Source of the DNA: Candidatus Doudnabacteria bacterium RIFCSPHIGHO2_02_FULL_42_25
Lineage (GTDB): Bacteria > Patescibacteriota > Doudnabacteria > UBA920 > O2-02-FULL-48-8
Reading direction: 5' to 3'
DNA: 64,000 nt
Assembly (NCBI GenBank): GCA_001777665.1
Contig: MFEQ01000005.1
Span: forward strand, 13,673 to 77,672
Shown: one piece after another, positions 29,297-38,885 of the stretch
Numbering within the stretch: position 1 is the first letter of the stretch
How the letters are laid out: every line of letters begins with the position of its first letter
Program-made: the position numbers and the translations under genes
The notes under the pieces: model-generated
Seen by the model: the letters and a program-made list of their open reading frames with translations, nothing else
What the model was told of the DNA's origin: nothing
Database searches by the model: none

Positions 29297-30479
29297 TGTA
29301 GGTTACCTTATATATAACTCCGCTTTTATCATCAGAAACGTACATTTGGCCGCCAGGTTGAATTAATACATCTACAGGCCGCCCCAAAACTTCATCGTCC
29401 TGAAGCCAACCGGAAATAAAGTCTTCTGTCCCTTCATAATTACCCTTAGCGTCTAACTTTACATGTAACAGCTTATAGCCAATCTTCTCAGATCTTTCAC
29501 TCGAGCCATGCGATGCAACTATTAAGTCATACCATAAACTAGATGGCCATCCTTCCTCGGGTATGAAATCCAAACCTAATACGGCGGTATGGGCTGGAAG
29601 ATCTATATGTGACGAAATTTCGTAAGGATCCATACATGGGTTACGAATGTAGACATTTTTATCAAAATCACTATCATGATTATTTTTACCATAACAGTTG
29701 GGCCAACCGTAATTGCCGTCTTGTTGTATAACGTTGATCTCATCAGGAGGTAGATCATCGCCCAAATGATCAGATCCCATATCTGTCGCCCACATTTTCC
29801 CATCTAAATAACTCCATGTAAAAAATACTGAATTTCTCAATCCCCTAGCCAGCTCTTTGAAATCTGACCCATCCTTTTTCATCGAAAAGATTTTTGCTCG
29901 ATATTCGTTGTCTTCAATACAAACATTGCATGAAGAACCAACCGAAAGATAAAGACGATCATCCGGACCAAATTTAATAGTCCTCGTGACATGTCTACCA
30001 CCAGTAGGAAGACCATCTTTTATGACTACAGGGTTCAAGGGTTCAGTCGCGATATTGACCTGCGAGATTTTATCTTCTTCAGCAAAATATAAAACATTTC
30101 CATCTTGCGGATCAAACGCGATTCCGTGAGGTCTTTTCAATCTGCTGAAGACTTTTTCTTTCTTTGTAGGATTTCCATTTTGAACTGTAATTTTTGTGAT
30201 TGCATCTTCTGATGTTTGGCTTATCCATAGATTTCCCATACCGTCCCAAGCCATGACACGTGCGCCAGGAACATCTTCGACAAATTTTTGTATCCCAAAA
30301 TGCTCGGGAAGTACTAAGCCCAACCCAGTATGATCTCCTGCTAAGCTTGGGTCTCCCACTATAACAGGGGGCTGAATTGCCTCTTCAGTATCTTCTTGTT
30401 GCTTCCTACGTTCATTAATGAATACCAGAACAACAAGAACGGCTACAAGAATTAATACTAAAGTTAAATTCCTTTTCAT
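29280..30479 (-). CDS. Soluble quinoprotein glucose/sorbosone-dehydrogenase-like beta-propeller (SGDH family), membrane-anchored
   Basis: Hallmark GNYGWP plus GRPVDV...YVSDD...GVIYKV. Confidence 0.55.
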   Translation of the reverse strand: MKRNLTLVLILVAVLVVLVFINERRKQQEDTEEAIQPPVIVGDPSLAGDHTGLGLVLPEHFGIQKFVEDVPGARVMAWDGMGNLWISQTSEDAITKITVQNGNPTKKEKVFSRLKRPHGIAFDPQDGNVLYFAEEDKISQVNIATEPLNPVVIKDGLPTGGRHVTRTIKFGPDDRLYLSVGSSCNVCIEDNEYRAKIFSMKKDGSDFKELARGLRNSVFFTWSYLDGKMWATDMGSDHLGDDLPPDEINVIQQDGNYGWPNCYGKNNHDSDFDKNVYIRNPCMDPYEISSHIDLPAHTAVLGLDFIPEEGWPSSLWYDLIVASHGSSERSEKIGYKLLHVKLDAKGNYEGTEDFISGWLQDDEVLGRPVDVLIQPGGQMYVSDDKSGVIYKVTYNGPQE

Positions 30480-30483
30480 CCAA

Positions 30484-32229
30484 TTAGTGTTTCACTCCAC
30501 CCCATTCGACGACAGTAAATCCATTTCTCGTTGGTGTTTTAATTTCAAGACCTATTACATGTTTAGGTTTCTCTAGTGGCTCAAAGTCCATTAAAATTCG
30601 AATGATCGTGTCTGGCTGAGGATTTACTTCGAGAGGAGCCAATGCATCTAGTGCTTCGTTGTCCATGAAGGTTACAAAGTAATATGGCGCATCCTTCATG
30701 TATGGTTCCCAGTACTCAATAAAATCAAATGACTCTTGTTTATTTAATCCCAGTTGTGTTAATTTTTCAACTAAGAATTGGTGAACATTATTTCGTTCAA
30801 CTATAAATCCTTTTTCTGGAGTCTGATATAATCCACCTCGTCCTTCCCAGAACAGATATGGGTATTCTTTGCCGTCCACAACAATTTTTCCGTCTGGATA
30901 GGCCGTGACTTCCCATCCATTGCCGTATTCAGGATCAGTGTAAGTAAAGCCGCCCTTTGGATCAACCTTTACAGACACTTGGGTCTTCGCAGTCGGATAT
31001 AGATATATTGCTGGTTTCGCACATTCTGCTTGAGGTTGAAAAGCCGCGTTTTCAAACTTAATTAGGCGATCAAATGGGTCTACCCAAAAGAAGACCGGAT
31101 GTCGCTTTACAAATTCAGAATAAGGCAACTTCACACCATCAAAAGGATTATATTTCATTTCATACAGATCTTTGAGAATACTATGGTTCGTATTTTTGAA
31201 TGTGTACACAACCTCACCCGAGCCTGTTAATCCCGCAATCATTAGATCTTGTCCAATATTCACTTTGTCAGGCCATACTACTGAAGCGAAGTTTCTGAAA
31301 CCGCATCCACCAATATCAGTATAAACATAGGCTTCCTTATTTTTTTCACCACCCTCCCATGTCACATCAGCCACGCCGTCTTTATCAAGAAAGTTAGGTT
31401 CTAAAATGTATAGTTTAGTACTCCAATCAGGTGATTTAACATAGAATGCATTATTACTATAAACTGCTTTGTCTGTTTCAGACGCCGCTACAAAAACAGT
31501 TCCAACTTGAGGATCAGAAAATGCAACTTTTAAACCATCTGCATTAAACGGAATATAGCTACCCATAAAGAATCCGGGTTCAGCAGCCGTTAAGACTTGC
31601 GACGGCTTAGGTCCAGTTATCTTTTCTGGAAATTCGAGATCACTTATTGTAAAGGTGTTGTCGAGCGAGTATGTCGTTTCATCTAGTGCCATGTCTTCGA
31701 TAAAATCAGTATACTTAGTTAAAAATACTGGTTTAATTCCTGCTTTAATGAGTATTGTGGCGTAAGAAGGCCCGCCCATACATTGACAAGGCAGAACACC
31801 TAGATTGATTGTGTAGTCTTTGTACTTTCCTTCATTGATTTTACCTAGTTCGTAAAAATCAACGTAATTATCCTGAGCTGTGTTAGGGTCTATAAAAATT
31901 TCTAAATTATTTATCTTCTTAGGAAAATGCCACGACACTAAATTACTTATCTTCGGCTGAGGGTATGTATAAATATTTGGAATATTTTCAAACAAATCTG
32001 GCGGTATATATACTTCCGACTGAGGAGGGGGTGGTGGTAAAGGAGTCGGAGTTTCTGTGATAGGTGCAGGCGGAGTTATTACAGATGTGGTATTTTGTTT
32101 GAGATAATATGCCCCTGCTGCCAATCCACCCATAACTAAAACAAAGATTCCTAAAGCCGCCCATCGATTCATAGTTAGTTTTTTGGGTTCATTAACAGGG
32201 CTTGGAGTTGGTGTAGGAGTTGTTTCCAT
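30484..32229 (-). CDS. Large secreted hypothetical protein with N-terminal TM and a Pro-rich linker
   Basis: ORF track. TM followed by PPAPITETPTPLPPPPP. No known domain recognised. Confidence 0.5.
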   Translation of the reverse strand: METTPTPTPSPVNEPKKLTMNRWAALGIFVLVMGGLAAGAYYLKQNTTSVITPPAPITETPTPLPPPPPQSEVYIPPDLFENIPNIYTYPQPKISNLVSWHFPKKINNLEIFIDPNTAQDNYVDFYELGKINEGKYKDYTINLGVLPCQCMGGPSYATILIKAGIKPVFLTKYTDFIEDMALDETTYSLDNTFTISDLEFPEKITGPKPSQVLTAAEPGFFMGSYIPFNADGLKVAFSDPQVGTVFVAASETDKAVYSNNAFYVKSPDWSTKLYILEPNFLDKDGVADVTWEGGEKNKEAYVYTDIGGCGFRNFASVVWPDKVNIGQDLMIAGLTGSGEVVYTFKNTNHSILKDLYEMKYNPFDGVKLPYSEFVKRHPVFFWVDPFDRLIKFENAAFQPQAECAKPAIYLYPTAKTQVSVKVDPKGGFTYTDPEYGNGWEVTAYPDGKIVVDGKEYPYLFWEGRGGLYQTPEKGFIVERNNVHQFLVEKLTQLGLNKQESFDFIEYWEPYMKDAPYYFVTFMDNEALDALAPLEVNPQPDTIIRILMDFEPLEKPKHVIGLEIKTPTRNGFTVVEWGGVKH

Positions 32230-32234
32230 AAAAA

Positions 32235-33479
32235 TTATTTAATGATAACATGCCCAGTTTTAATTTGATTTTTTATGTCTTGATCGACTTTTGAACTGGT
32301 AGCAATGTTTGCTAATATTGTATCAGCTTTGACTTTCGTAAGCAATTTTACTTGATTTTTGTCAATTTCGATCGGAAATAGATACACTTCCTTCACTAGC
32401 TCTGCTCGTTTTACTAACCCTACAGCAATTGGATAATCCTGAAGGTCCAGAAACTTAATCTCTCCCGGCATCGTATTCGTAATCACATCGTTAAATTCAA
32501 AAAGTCGCTCGCTTTTTGTGAATGCATATTCGGGACTTCGTTTATCATTAAACCGATCACTATTAAAGAACTGATCTAACCCTTGATGATATAAAACGGT
32601 TGTGTTATTGTCCGGCTCTATCGCACCACTCGTAAAATAACCGTTAATATAACTTGTGGTTTCTATATAATTATAATTTCCAGTTCCCTTTGAAGTATTC
32701 GAATGATTCGTTATGACAAATTTATTATGTCCAATCAAGTTTAAGGTCTGTAAAAATAATCGCATCCCGCCTTTCGAATCGATGTCTAGTTTTTCTATTC
32801 GTTCAAAATCAAAATTCCTAATCGTCGAAATAGTTTGCAGATCATGAAAATCTGCGGCGTTACTAGGTAAATAATGTGAGAAATCAAATGAACCAATCAT
32901 TACTGCATCCCCTACAATAATTTTCGACAGCTCCGAACTCAAATTGACAAGCTGTTCTTTATTGGCATTGTCTTTGATAATCAATGGGACGACTGTCGCA
33001 TTGGGTATAGATTTTTTTATAAAACTAACAATAGAATTAATTCCATGTTCAGTTTTAAAAGGTTCTTCCACCACATTCAACAATCCAAGAGTTTCAAGCT
33101 TACTAATTAGGGAAAGGTTTGGATTAAGATCTCCATATGGAGTTTGCCAAGAGTATTTTGAAGCGATGACTCCCCCATTTCCTGCGTAAAAATGATTTGG
33201 GCTAATCAAAATGACGGTAAGTTCCTCCTCCGATCGGATCGCGTTTAATTGCTGCGCTACAAAGTTTGGAAAAAGCATATGATGATTAACAAAGATTGCT
33301 TTTGTCACCAACTTTTCTTCTGATACTCCTTTGTACGCTTGTTCGTAAAATTCTAACTTATACGGGGTTGGATGTGAACCGTTAATAGTTTCAGTCTCTT
33401 TTTCAGGCATTTGTATAACTAAAAACAAAGTTACAACACCAAGTGCTGCAATTGTAAAATTTTTAACAAATTCCTTCAT
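32235..33479 (-). CDS. MEMO1/AmmeMemoRadiSam-B-like protein (class III extradiol-dioxygenase fold), membrane-anchored
   Basis: Memo-like blocks VNHHMLFP, ILISPNHFYAG and GSFDFSHYLP. Confidence 0.4.
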   Translation of the reverse strand: MKEFVKNFTIAALGVVTLFLVIQMPEKETETINGSHPTPYKLEFYEQAYKGVSEEKLVTKAIFVNHHMLFPNFVAQQLNAIRSEEELTVILISPNHFYAGNGGVIASKYSWQTPYGDLNPNLSLISKLETLGLLNVVEEPFKTEHGINSIVSFIKKSIPNATVVPLIIKDNANKEQLVNLSSELSKIIVGDAVMIGSFDFSHYLPSNAADFHDLQTISTIRNFDFERIEKLDIDSKGGMRLFLQTLNLIGHNKFVITNHSNTSKGTGNYNYIETTSYINGYFTSGAIEPDNNTTVLYHQGLDQFFNSDRFNDKRSPEYAFTKSERLFEFNDVITNTMPGEIKFLDLQDYPIAVGLVKRAELVKEVYLFPIEIDKNQVKLLTKVKADTILANIATSSKVDQDIKNQIKTGHVIIK

Positions 33480-34264
33480 ACTTTCGCCAGTGTTAGAACC
33501 AGTTTTTTACCAAACCATAGCTTAGCAGATTTATGAAACGTCGGGTTCAGTTTCGTTACAAAAAACTTTCGTTCATTTCTTTGCGACAAATTCCTCTCAA
33601 TTTCAGGATGATTGTCTAAGTAATCTTGAAGCTTTACAGGAACAATACTTTCTTGGCTAATTATTTTTATACCTTTCAAATGTTGCGCGAATTCGTCCCT
33701 GACTATCGCATAATGAGTACAACCTAAAATTAAATTTTTAACCTTCTTTTCTCGTACTAAATCAGCGTACTCTTTTACCTTTATACTTAGTTTATCCAAA
33801 TGTCCAGATTCGATCAATGGGACTAATTCTGGTGCTGCAATTTCCGTTATTTTCAGCTTCGGATTGATATTTTTCAGTTCTTTCGTATAGGCTTTAGCGT
33901 TTACGGTGCTCGATGTGGCGAGCACGCAAACATTGCCTGCTTTTATGAGCTCAACCGTGGGTCTTATTACTCCCAATACTTTTTTATCAGGATAACTTGA
34001 TTTCAAAAACTTTTGCTGAATTTTTCTTAATGCTTGGGCAGATGAAGTATTGCAGGCAACTATCACTAAACCACAGCCTTGGTTGAATAAAAATTCAACA
34101 GCGTTGCGAGTAAGTTCATAAATCTCTTCCTGACTTTTTTCGCCGTAAGGTAAATTTTTAGTATCACCCAAGAAAACAAAGTCATATTTACTTAATTTAC
34201 TACGTAGCATACTACGTAGTAAATATAATCCTCCGAGTCCTGAATCGAAAAAGCCGATCTTCAT
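33476..34264 (-). CDS. murI: Glutamate racemase
   Basis: IGFFDSGLGGL and the active-site VACNTSSA. Confidence 0.85.
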   Translation of the reverse strand: MKIGFFDSGLGGLYLLRSMLRSKLSKYDFVFLGDTKNLPYGEKSQEEIYELTRNAVEFLFNQGCGLVIVACNTSSAQALRKIQQKFLKSSYPDKKVLGVIRPTVELIKAGNVCVLATSSTVNAKAYTKELKNINPKLKITEIAAPELVPLIESGHLDKLSIKVKEYADLVREKKVKNLILGCTHYAIVRDEFAQHLKGIKIISQESIVPVKLQDYLDNHPEIERNLSQRNERKFFVTKLNPTFHKSAKLWFGKKLVLTLAKV

Positions 34265-34283
34265 GTATTTTTACTTGTAATAA

Positions 34284-34607
34284 TCACTGGAGCTCATCTA
34301 TTTTCGCAGCAAGAATAAAATCATTTTCAGTAAGCCCTCCAGCTGCATGCGTCCATAATTCAATCTCGACTTTTTTGTATGATATTTCCATTTCCGGATG
34401 ATGGTCTTCAGCTTGGGCGATCAATGCGACCTGATTCGCGAAACCCATGCTTTCTACGAAATTTTTAAATTTGAATTCTTTATCAAGTTTATTGTCTACG
34501 ATTTTCCAGCCACGGTTAAGTTTGCGAAGATACTTCTTCACTTGTTGTTTAGAAAAAGGCGGAATTCCGCCCTCACATGGTACACATTTTTTATCAGCGA
34601 GTTTCAT
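34284..34607 (-). CDS. Pterin-4a-carbinolamine dehydratase (PCD/DCoH)
   Basis: EDHHPE motif region (AQAEDHHPEMEISYKKVEIELWTHAAGGLT). Confidence 0.8.
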   Translation of the reverse strand: MKLADKKCVPCEGGIPPFSKQQVKKYLRKLNRGWKIVDNKLDKEFKFKNFVESMGFANQVALIAQAEDHHPEMEISYKKVEIELWTHAAGGLTENDFILAAKIDELQ

Positions 34608-34828
34608 CTAATTTCAAAGTTTTTATAGCCAACCAAGCGGCTTTCTTCAAATTTCAAATCCTTAACTTTCGCAAACAAAGGCCCTCGATGGCACCAAGAT
34701 AAAAATTCTTCCAGGCTGTCTTCCTGACCCTCAACCTCGATATAGACACTCCCATCATCTTGGTTTTGGACAAACCCGGTGAGATGCAGCCCTTTCGCAT
34801 GTTCTTTTGTTGACCATCGAAAAGTCAC
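34604..34828 (-). CDS. acyP: Acylphosphatase (annotated from a GTG; the conserved N-terminus lies upstream without a canonical start)
   Basis: VTFRWSTKEHAKGLHLTGFVQNQDDGSVYIEVEG. The 15 codons upstream (RIRHYNIQIRGRVHG) complete the acylphosphatase V.GrVqGV.FR motif and run in frame up to the TAA of the upstream gene. Confidence 0.7.
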   Translation of the reverse strand: MTFRWSTKEHAKGLHLTGFVQNQDDGSVYIEVEGQEDSLEEFLSWCHRGPLFAKVKDLKFEESRLVGYKNFEIR

Positions 34829-34873
34829 TCCATGTACTCGCCCTCGAATTTGAATATTATAGTGTCTAATCCG

Positions 34874-35305
34874 TTATCTCCAACCTCCGAGAATTAATCC
34901 GAACACTAGCAGCTGAACTAAAAAGTAAAATGTATTAATAGACCAAAGTTTCCACGACTTGGCTCCCCACAGGACATCACTCATAGTCACTGGAACGACG
35001 AACCCTAGCCATACCCAGAAACCGCTCTGTAAACCAGCACTTATACCTTCAGTCTTTAAATAAGTTCCAGCAAAGACAGTGTGATGAGACAGAACGTAAG
35101 CCATAACAAGAGCGCCGATAAATGCCAAAGCATAACTCTTCATCATGCCTTTTTTCATCTCATCTCTTTTTGCAGTATCAAGGTTGTCCCAACCAGAAAG
35201 TTTAGCCCAAATTTTTCCAAACAAAGGACCGTACCAAATCGAACCGATGATCATGCTTGCAACCCCGCAAGCAAGAATTGCCCAATAATTCACTGGAACA
35301 TCCAT
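34874..35305 (-). CDS. DUF1761-like small membrane protein
   Basis: N-terminus VNYWAILACGVASMIIGSIWYGPLFGKIW. Confidence 0.45.
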   Translation of the reverse strand: MDVPVNYWAILACGVASMIIGSIWYGPLFGKIWAKLSGWDNLDTAKRDEMKKGMMKSYALAFIGALVMAYVLSHHTVFAGTYLKTEGISAGLQSGFWVWLGFVVPVTMSDVLWGAKSWKLWSINTFYFLVQLLVFGLILGGWR

Positions 35306-35386
35306 GTGATTTAAATTAATTATCTAAACAAAGCATAAAACGGAAGCAATTTTCCGTCAATTGGTATTAATATTTGATGTCAAAAC

Positions 35387-35426
35387 TTGTCGCAAAAATA
35401 CTGTAATTACATCATTTTTGCGACAA
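35387..35426 (-). terminator. Strong hairpin (13-bp perfect stem TTGTCGCAAAAAT / ATTTTTGCGACAA) directly after the CYTH gene stop
   Basis: Inverted repeat immediately after the stop at 35429, followed on the minus strand by a T-rich tract. Confidence 0.5.
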
Positions 35427-35428
35427 AC

Positions 35429-35995
35429 TTATTCGACACGTTCAAAAGTGAAGTATCTCAAATTCTTCACAGGGATTTTATATACCTCTTCAATAACTTC
35501 TGAAGCAGTCCCAAATACTCCTTTCGAATAATCAAAACTTAAATCTTTTGCGGCAACTTTAATACTCTCTTCGGAAGGTCCCTCGATCTCGACATAGGTT
35601 GGTACCTTAGGCCAGGTATCGATATCCACCACCACGTCATTGAATTTAAATTTATGTCGGTATTTCTCGTTTTCACGATCCATAACTAACCCTAACTCCT
35701 CTAAAAATGCTTTTAATTTTGCCGGCTCCTCAATCTTAAACTCGATCTCAAGTACACCAGTTGCTGTTCTTTGTTGCGAATGCTTATATGCAAAAAAGTA
35801 ACCATTTTTTGTTTTTCTGATTCTCCCAAATTTTGTATCTTTCGGCCACTCCCCTTTCGCATCATGAAAAATCTGCTCGGTAATCAGCTCCTCGCCCAAA
35901 TCCACGGCATGTAGAGCGTTGAGCTTTTCAATCAGAGCGTTTTTATCGACTTCTAGAAACTTAACTTCGATTTCCCGATTTTCAAGGGTTGTCAT
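35429..35995 (-). CDS. CYTH-domain protein (second copy in the window)
   Basis: N-terminal EIEVKF (ExExK). Confidence 0.55.
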   Translation of the reverse strand: MTTLENREIEVKFLEVDKNALIEKLNALHAVDLGEELITEQIFHDAKGEWPKDTKFGRIRKTKNGYFFAYKHSQQRTATGVLEIEFKIEEPAKLKAFLEELGLVMDRENEKYRHKFKFNDVVVDIDTWPKVPTYVEIEGPSEESIKVAAKDLSFDYSKGVFGTASEVIEEVYKIPVKNLRYFTFERVE

Positions 35996-36146
35996 GCAGG
36001 ATTAAAGAATGAGTATTATCTTCGCAATTACATTCCTGCAGAGGTGTGCCTTTCAGGTGACACCCTTCTGTATCGCAATTCTTGGGAATATTTGAAACCC
36101 CTGCACAAGCTGGGCATACGTAGTGCTTCAATTGACTTTTCCTTTC

Positions 36147-36285
36147 AGATCTCCCCACTCCTTGAGAGGAGAGAAATTCTCTCCCTCATCAACCGCCGGG
36201 GGCTGGTCGGGGGTGAGGTAGATTCTAAGACTGGCTTGTAATCTACCCCTCCCTTAGTCCCTCCCCGCTCACGGGGAGGGAAATT
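36147..36285. repeat. GC-rich structured intergenic repeat, copy A (core CTCCCTCATCAACCGCCGGGGGCTGG, terminal CCCTCCCC-loop-GGGGAGGG hairpin)
   Basis: About 110 nt align at roughly 75% identity with copy B at 45805-45954. Perfect 8-bp G/C hairpin at 36259-36280. Spurious ORF 36044..36241 overlaps it. Confidence 0.5.
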
Positions 36286-36308
36286 CTAATTAGTATTTAT
36301 ACTATAGC

Positions 36309-36340
36309 AAAAAAAATAGAGCACCGGAAAGCTGGTCCTC
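36309..36340 (-). terminator. Terminator of purE (hairpin GAGCACC/GGTCCTC followed by T8 on the minus strand)
   Basis: A-run 36309-36316 on the plus strand reads as a T-run on the minus strand after an imperfect 7-bp stem. Confidence 0.4.
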
Positions 36341-36363
36341 CTAAAAGGCGACTCGTCGTGAAG

Positions 36364-36855
36364 CTATAACTGAAGCTTGATCGCCCTCACTTTGTTCGTT
36401 TGTTCCTGGCGGAAATCAAGGAGTTTGTGTGCAAGACTGTCGTTGGAAAGCGCAAGGATAGATACAGCTAACAGAGCTGCATTATCCGCCTTTCCAATTG
36501 CAACCGTGGCAACGGGAACTCCACTTGGCATCTGCACGATCGAAAGCAGAGAATCAAGCCCATGAAGTGCTATGGTCATGATTGGAACACCAATCACAGG
36601 CAGGATTGTATGACCGGCAACCATTCCTGGCAGGTGTGCCGCTCCACCAGCTCCGGCGATAATGCATTTCAAGCCCCTGATGTGTGCCGTGTGCGCGTAC
36701 TCAGTCATAAAATCTGGTGTCCGATGCGCACTAACTACTTCGTACTCAACTGGCACATCGAACTCCATTAACTTCTGAACGGCCAACTTCATCGTCGGCC
36801 AGTCCGAATCGCTGCCCATGATCACTCCAACTTGGGGATTCTGATGGACGTCCAT
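36364..36855 (-). CDS. purE: PurE-family protein (AIR carboxylase/mutase fold), GC-rich
   Basis: [11 protein letters not shown] and [13 protein letters not shown] motifs. About 51% GC. GAGGAGG RBS. Confidence 0.8.
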   Translation of the reverse strand: MDVHQNPQVGVIMGSDSDWPTMKLAVQKLMEFDVPVEYEVVSAHRTPDFMTEYAHTAHIRGLKCIIAGAGGAAHLPGMVAGHTILPVIGVPIMTIALHGLDSLLSIVQMPSGVPVATVAIGKADNAALLAVSILALSNDSLAHKLLDFRQEQTNKVRAIKLQL

Positions 36856-36882
36856 GTTGTCCTCCTCATGAAAGAGCCCTAA

Positions 36883-37074
36883 CTACGATGGGCTTACTGT
36901 TGGGGGATTTGCAACGTCAGTACACTCGTAGTTACGACGATGATTTGGATTCTCACAACTCGAACCCTTCTCTTCGCAGTAACTGACAACTCTGGTAGTG
37001 TTTAGTTCGCTGTAACGACCTATCACGCAACCGCAAGAAAGCGTCCGGAAACCGAGTAACCGTGCTAAAGCCAT
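36883..37074 (-). CDS. Small Cys-rich protein (63 aa, 5 Cys) with a strong AAGGAGG RBS
   Basis: ORF track. MALARLLGFRTLSCGCVIGRYSELNTTRVVSYCEEKGSSCENPNHRRNYECTD. The SD sits 5 nt upstream. GC-rich like the adjacent purE. Confidence 0.4.
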   Translation of the reverse strand: MALARLLGFRTLSCGCVIGRYSELNTTRVVSYCEEKGSSCENPNHRRNYECTDVANPPTVSPS

Positions 37075-37130
37075 ACGTGCCTCCTTGTTCGCTTATTGTA
37101 TTTTAATTTGCTTTCGATGGCAAATTAACC

Positions 37131-38828
37131 TCATGGTGCATTTAGTATGTGATCAGGGACTAACCACTGACAGCTAGTTTTGTCTTTTTTGATTCTTAAA
37201 ATATCTTGCTCTAAAGCTTGTTTATGAATATCGATAAAGGCTTGGATAACTTGATTGACTTCGTCTGCCGAAAGTTTATTTAAATCAAAGTCGATATAAG
37301 AGTACTCGCCCACTTTCGGCAAACCTTCTTGCTGATTAAACACAAAATACATCCGTTTGTATTTATGTAAAATACTTTCATACTTCACAGTATGAAAGTA
37401 AATTTCCAGGAGAGTTTTGGATTCGGCTCCGGTTAGAAACAAAATGGGATAGCGAAACCAACAGTCATTGTCAGAAACACGGACTATAACTAAATCGCTT
37501 TGGTTTAATCCCATTCTTTGAAATTGCTCGGCGGCTTGATAAAACTTTTCGTTTTCAGAATCATAATTATATGCTTGAGCTCGATATTCGTTGAATTGTT
37601 GGGTGAAACGCACAGACTCATAACCTACGGCAAGGATCGCAAGAATTAAAACTCCTACAGTCACCATTCCGACGGTAGTATGCCGGAGGAATCTCTCCTT
37701 CAAGCTCTGGAGAGCGATCTCTCCACTCCGCTTCGCTCCGGTCGAGATGGTTAAAAATAGGCCATAGACAATAAAATACCAACTCAATAAATAGCTTTGA
37801 TAAATAAAGTTCGGAACTTTGGATGTAACCAAAGATATGGCGATCAGATTCCAAAGAAACCACCCACCCGCAAGTGTTAATGTGGTTCGTCTAGTCCGGT
37901 ACCATGATACCGCAGCGACAGCAAGCCCTACAAAAAAAATCCATGTCCAGCCAAATAAGTATCTTTGCGGTAAATAGTTTGTAAAATGCCAATGCCACGG
38001 CCGTTCCCAACCTTCTAACTGATTGAAATGAGAAAAGGTTACAAGTAATCCATTTTTAAATGCCTCGGGAGATACTAGAAACAATGGTAAATAATAAACA
38101 ACAAGAGCAGCAACTAAGCTACCCCCTGCAATCAGAAGTTTCCTGTAACTTTGCTTGTCTCGACTCAATAAAATCAACAGCGTCGCGACTGGAATAGCTC
38201 CCAGTAAATTTTTTGCCATGATCGGCAGCGCTACAACTAAACTGATAACTATTAACTGATAACTGCTAACTGATTTTCTATTCTTCAAATACCAAAGAAT
38301 GGCTCCGAAACTGGCCACAACTGTGAACGCCAGGACGATATCAGAAACTCCGAAAGCGTAGCCTGTGATCAACTCATGAGTAAAAGGCGTGTTGACCCAA
38401 AGTATTGCGGAAATAGTTGCCGCTCCTGCTGCCAACAAACTTTTTTTATAGTTATAAACTACAAAAATAAACAAAAGTCCGGTGAGTAGAGTCACGAAAG
38501 CAAAAGCCAGTCTTTTGACTTCGATAGTAACTTGTCCGTCAATCTCAAAAAAAATATACGGAACATACGCAAACATCGGTGGGATATGCTGCCAGTACGG
38601 TCCTTCCATCCAATTCCCCTGTTCCTCAACGAAAGGATTGACCCTGACCATTGGTGGGAAAAATTTTCGTGTGATATTGGCGGCAACGACAGAATTCGAC
38701 GACTCATCATGCGCATGTAAGTTCTTTTCAAAAATCAATGGAAAATCAGACCGAGTATTGCGCACAAAAACAATGCTAAAAGTTAGCATTAAAATTGTCA
38801 CCGCCACTTGTTTCTGATATCTTGCCAT
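37131..38828 (-). CDS. Polytopic membrane protein, probably a GT-C-fold (PMT/ArnT-like) lipid-linked-sugar glycosyltransferase with a C-terminal soluble domain
   Basis: About 11 TM segments with the characteristic first-loop architecture and a roughly 130-aa C-terminal extracytoplasmic domain. A low-complexity CAGTTA nucleotide repeat at 38240-38275 lies inside the coding region. Confidence 0.4.
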   Translation of the reverse strand: MARYQKQVAVTILMLTFSIVFVRNTRSDFPLIFEKNLHAHDESSNSVVAANITRKFFPPMVRVNPFVEEQGNWMEGPYWQHIPPMFAYVPYIFFEIDGQVTIEVKRLAFAFVTLLTGLLFIFVVYNYKKSLLAAGAATISAILWVNTPFTHELITGYAFGVSDIVLAFTVVASFGAILWYLKNRKSVSSYQLIVISLVVALPIMAKNLLGAIPVATLLILLSRDKQSYRKLLIAGGSLVAALVVYYLPLFLVSPEAFKNGLLVTFSHFNQLEGWERPWHWHFTNYLPQRYLFGWTWIFFVGLAVAAVSWYRTRRTTLTLAGGWFLWNLIAISLVTSKVPNFIYQSYLLSWYFIVYGLFLTISTGAKRSGEIALQSLKERFLRHTTVGMVTVGVLILAILAVGYESVRFTQQFNEYRAQAYNYDSENEKFYQAAEQFQRMGLNQSDLVIVRVSDNDCWFRYPILFLTGAESKTLLEIYFHTVKYESILHKYKRMYFVFNQQEGLPKVGEYSYIDFDLNKLSADEVNQVIQAFIDIHKQALEQDILRIKKDKTSCQWLVPDHILNAP

Positions 38829-38885
38829 ACCATAATCTTACCTCAAGCTTGACAATTTGGCTAAAAAAGTGTACTATTAGTCGTT

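Noticed and set aside
38240-38275. Tandem-like AACTGATAACT repeats, checked as a possible CRISPR or satellite
   Set aside because: Only about three imperfect units, and they lie inside the coding sequence of the membrane glycosyltransferase (they encode ..SVSSYQLIVISLV..). Low-complexity coding DNA.
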